A stretch of 56,392 nucleotides of DNA, taken from the NCBI GenBank assembly GCA_009992175.1, contig JAACWA010000015.1, positions 1-56,392 on the forward strand, written 5' to 3'. The position numbers were made by a program, and so were the translations under genes. Under the pieces are notes generated by a model, which made no database searches, was not told the origin of the DNA, and was given only the letters and a program-made list of their open reading frames with translations. Of this stretch, positions 55,360 through 56,392 are shown in pieces. Numbering within the stretch: position 1 is the first letter of the stretch; each line of letters opens with the position of its first letter. This DNA is from an archaeon (lineage in GTDB: Archaea > Nanobdellota > Nanobdellia > Pacearchaeales > GW2011-AR1).

Positions 55360-55958
55360 GAAAAATTAAATCCTAATTTTAATTTTTCTTCTAATTCTAC
55401 GGAACTTTTTTCTGGAGCAATTGGCCCTTGAAGATCATAATCCACAACCGATATTTCTGCATCTTTTGGGGAATAGATTACCATCAAATCATAAATTCTA
55501 TCTCCATCTTTAAGGGGTTTTTTTTCTTGTAACTTTAAAAAAGAATAGTCATAATCAAATACAAAAGAGTTACTTAAATCAGACATTCTTCCTTTCAAAA
55601 TTTCAAGTTCATGATAAATTAATGATGGCTTGAAACTTATTACCACAGAACCGTAGAGAAATACTCCTGGGGGCAAAAGAGTTTTAGTTGATTTAATCTC
55701 ATCTAAATTCTCCAAAAAATCATTAATTGTTTTTGCAAAGTAATAACTTGGTAAAAAGGGACTTTTCCATGCTCCCATGGTATTTTTTAAATAATCTTTT
55801 AGGTTTATCATTAAAAAGGGCCGGATATGGATTTTATAAATATTTCTTAAAAATCCGTTTTGGACCATAAAAACCTTTAAAAACCAAATTACCCATAGAT
55901 TTCTATTAGAAAAATATCTTAAGTTAAGATTATTATTCACTTTCACGCTCACATTCAA
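55356..55958 (-). CDS. hypothetical protein
   Basis: 200-aa ORF overlapping the convergent ORF by 4 nt. The N-terminal part is low-complexity, so the true start may be an internal Met. Confidence 0.45.
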   Translation of the reverse strand: MNVSVKVNNNLNLRYFSNRNLWVIWFLKVFMVQNGFLRNIYKIHIRPFLMINLKDYLKNTMGAWKSPFLPSYYFAKTINDFLENLDEIKSTKTLLPPGVFLYGSVVISFKPSLIYHELEILKGRMSDLSNSFVFDYDYSFLKLQEKKPLKDGDRIYDLMVIYSPKDAEISVVDYDLQGPIAPEKSSVELEEKLKLGFNFS

Positions 55959-56007
55959 TCAAAATAGTAAGTTTTGATAAATTGGTAGTTCGTAGATATT
56001 TTTCTAG

Positions 56008-56025
56008 AAAGTCCTTAAGGACTTT
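56008..56025. promoter_or_regulatory. perfect 18-bp palindrome in the divergent intergenic region upstream of dnaG
   Basis: aaagtccttaaggacttt is followed directly by the AT-rich TATA-like attaattaaatagg. Candidate operator. Confidence 0.35.
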
Positions 56026-56102
56026 ATTAATTAAATAGGAGAAAAAAATAAAATGGCAAAAGTAAATCATAGATTTTCATTATCCATTTTTGAGAAATCA
56101 AA

Positions 56103-56392
56103 ATGGCTAAAGTAAGTCCAGTATCCATTAAATATATGATTCATGCTAGTTTGAACGCTGAAGGTGCTCTTGAAAAGCCAGACGTAATTGGAGCGCTATT
56201 TGGTCAAACAGAAGGACTTTTAGGTGCTGACCTTGAAATGAGGGAACTTCAAAAAGAAGGAAAAATTGGAAGAATTGAAGTAGAACTTGAAAGGCAAGAC
56301 AAAAGAACACTTGGAACAATTAAAATTCCAACAGCGCTTGATCAGTCTGAAACAACTTTAATTGCTGCCGCACTTGAAACAATTGAAAGAGT
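56103..56392 (+). CDS. dnaG: archaeal DnaG primase-like protein, N-terminal fragment (runs off window)
   Basis: MAKVSPVSIKYMIHASLNAEGALEKPDVIGALFGQTEGLLGADLEMRELQKEGKIGRIEV matches the conserved archaeal DnaG N-terminus. Confidence 0.85.
   Translation, partial: MAKVSPVSIKYMIHASLNAEGALEKPDVIGALFGQTEGLLGADLEMRELQKEGKIGRIEVELERQDKRTLGTIKIPTALDQSETTLIAAALETIER

Noticed and set aside
1-56392. Looked for CRISPR arrays, rRNA genes, integrases, transposases and reverse transcriptases.
   Set aside because: No regularly spaced direct repeats, no rRNA-like GC-rich long non-coding stretch, and no ORF with recombinase, transposase or RT motifs. The tRNA genes at 10502, 11261 and 36517 are not flanked by integrase genes or obvious att duplications.

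Overview
This is an AT-rich, densely packed archaeal chromosome segment. Gene boundaries are short or overlapping, and most transcription units have a TATA box about 26 nt upstream of the ATG, so they look leaderless. The gene content and reduced gene sizes suggest a small-genome, DPANN-like archaeon; that is inference only. All functional calls come from motif recognition in the supplied translations, and no database search was run. The confident core has four parts. (1) The archaeal transcription/translation cluster is rpoH-rpoB-(two unknown small ORFs)-rpoA-nusA-rps12-rps7-(insertion)-EF-2-(two membrane genes)-EF-1alpha. (2) A deoxynucleotide-synthesis supercluster is nrdR-nrdJ-(two unknowns)-cobalamin adenosyltransferase-kinase/dCMP deaminase-Tmk-like-thyA-folA-thioredoxin. 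(3) Other recognisable genes are the thermosome, L35Ae/L10e, a truncated GluRS, a U32 peptidase, TatD, a CaCA antiporter, DedA, PAP2, SufE-like, the DnaG start and three tRNAs (Gly-GCC, Val-UAC, Lys-UUU). (4) Several lineage-specific operons have no recognisable function. The most unusual observations are these: an apparently unsplit RNA polymerase A'+A'' subunit; two translationally coupled unknown ORFs inside the RNAP operon; a minus-strand envelope operon led by a protein with a bacterial OMP-like beta-barrel C-terminus; a GluRS lacking its anticodon-binding domain; a decayed insertion in the S7/EF-2 junction (J-domain remnant plus a TGA-interrupted ORF); and a 240-bp MITE-like element with a 9-bp target duplication. 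No CRISPR array, rRNA, integrase or transposase gene was seen.
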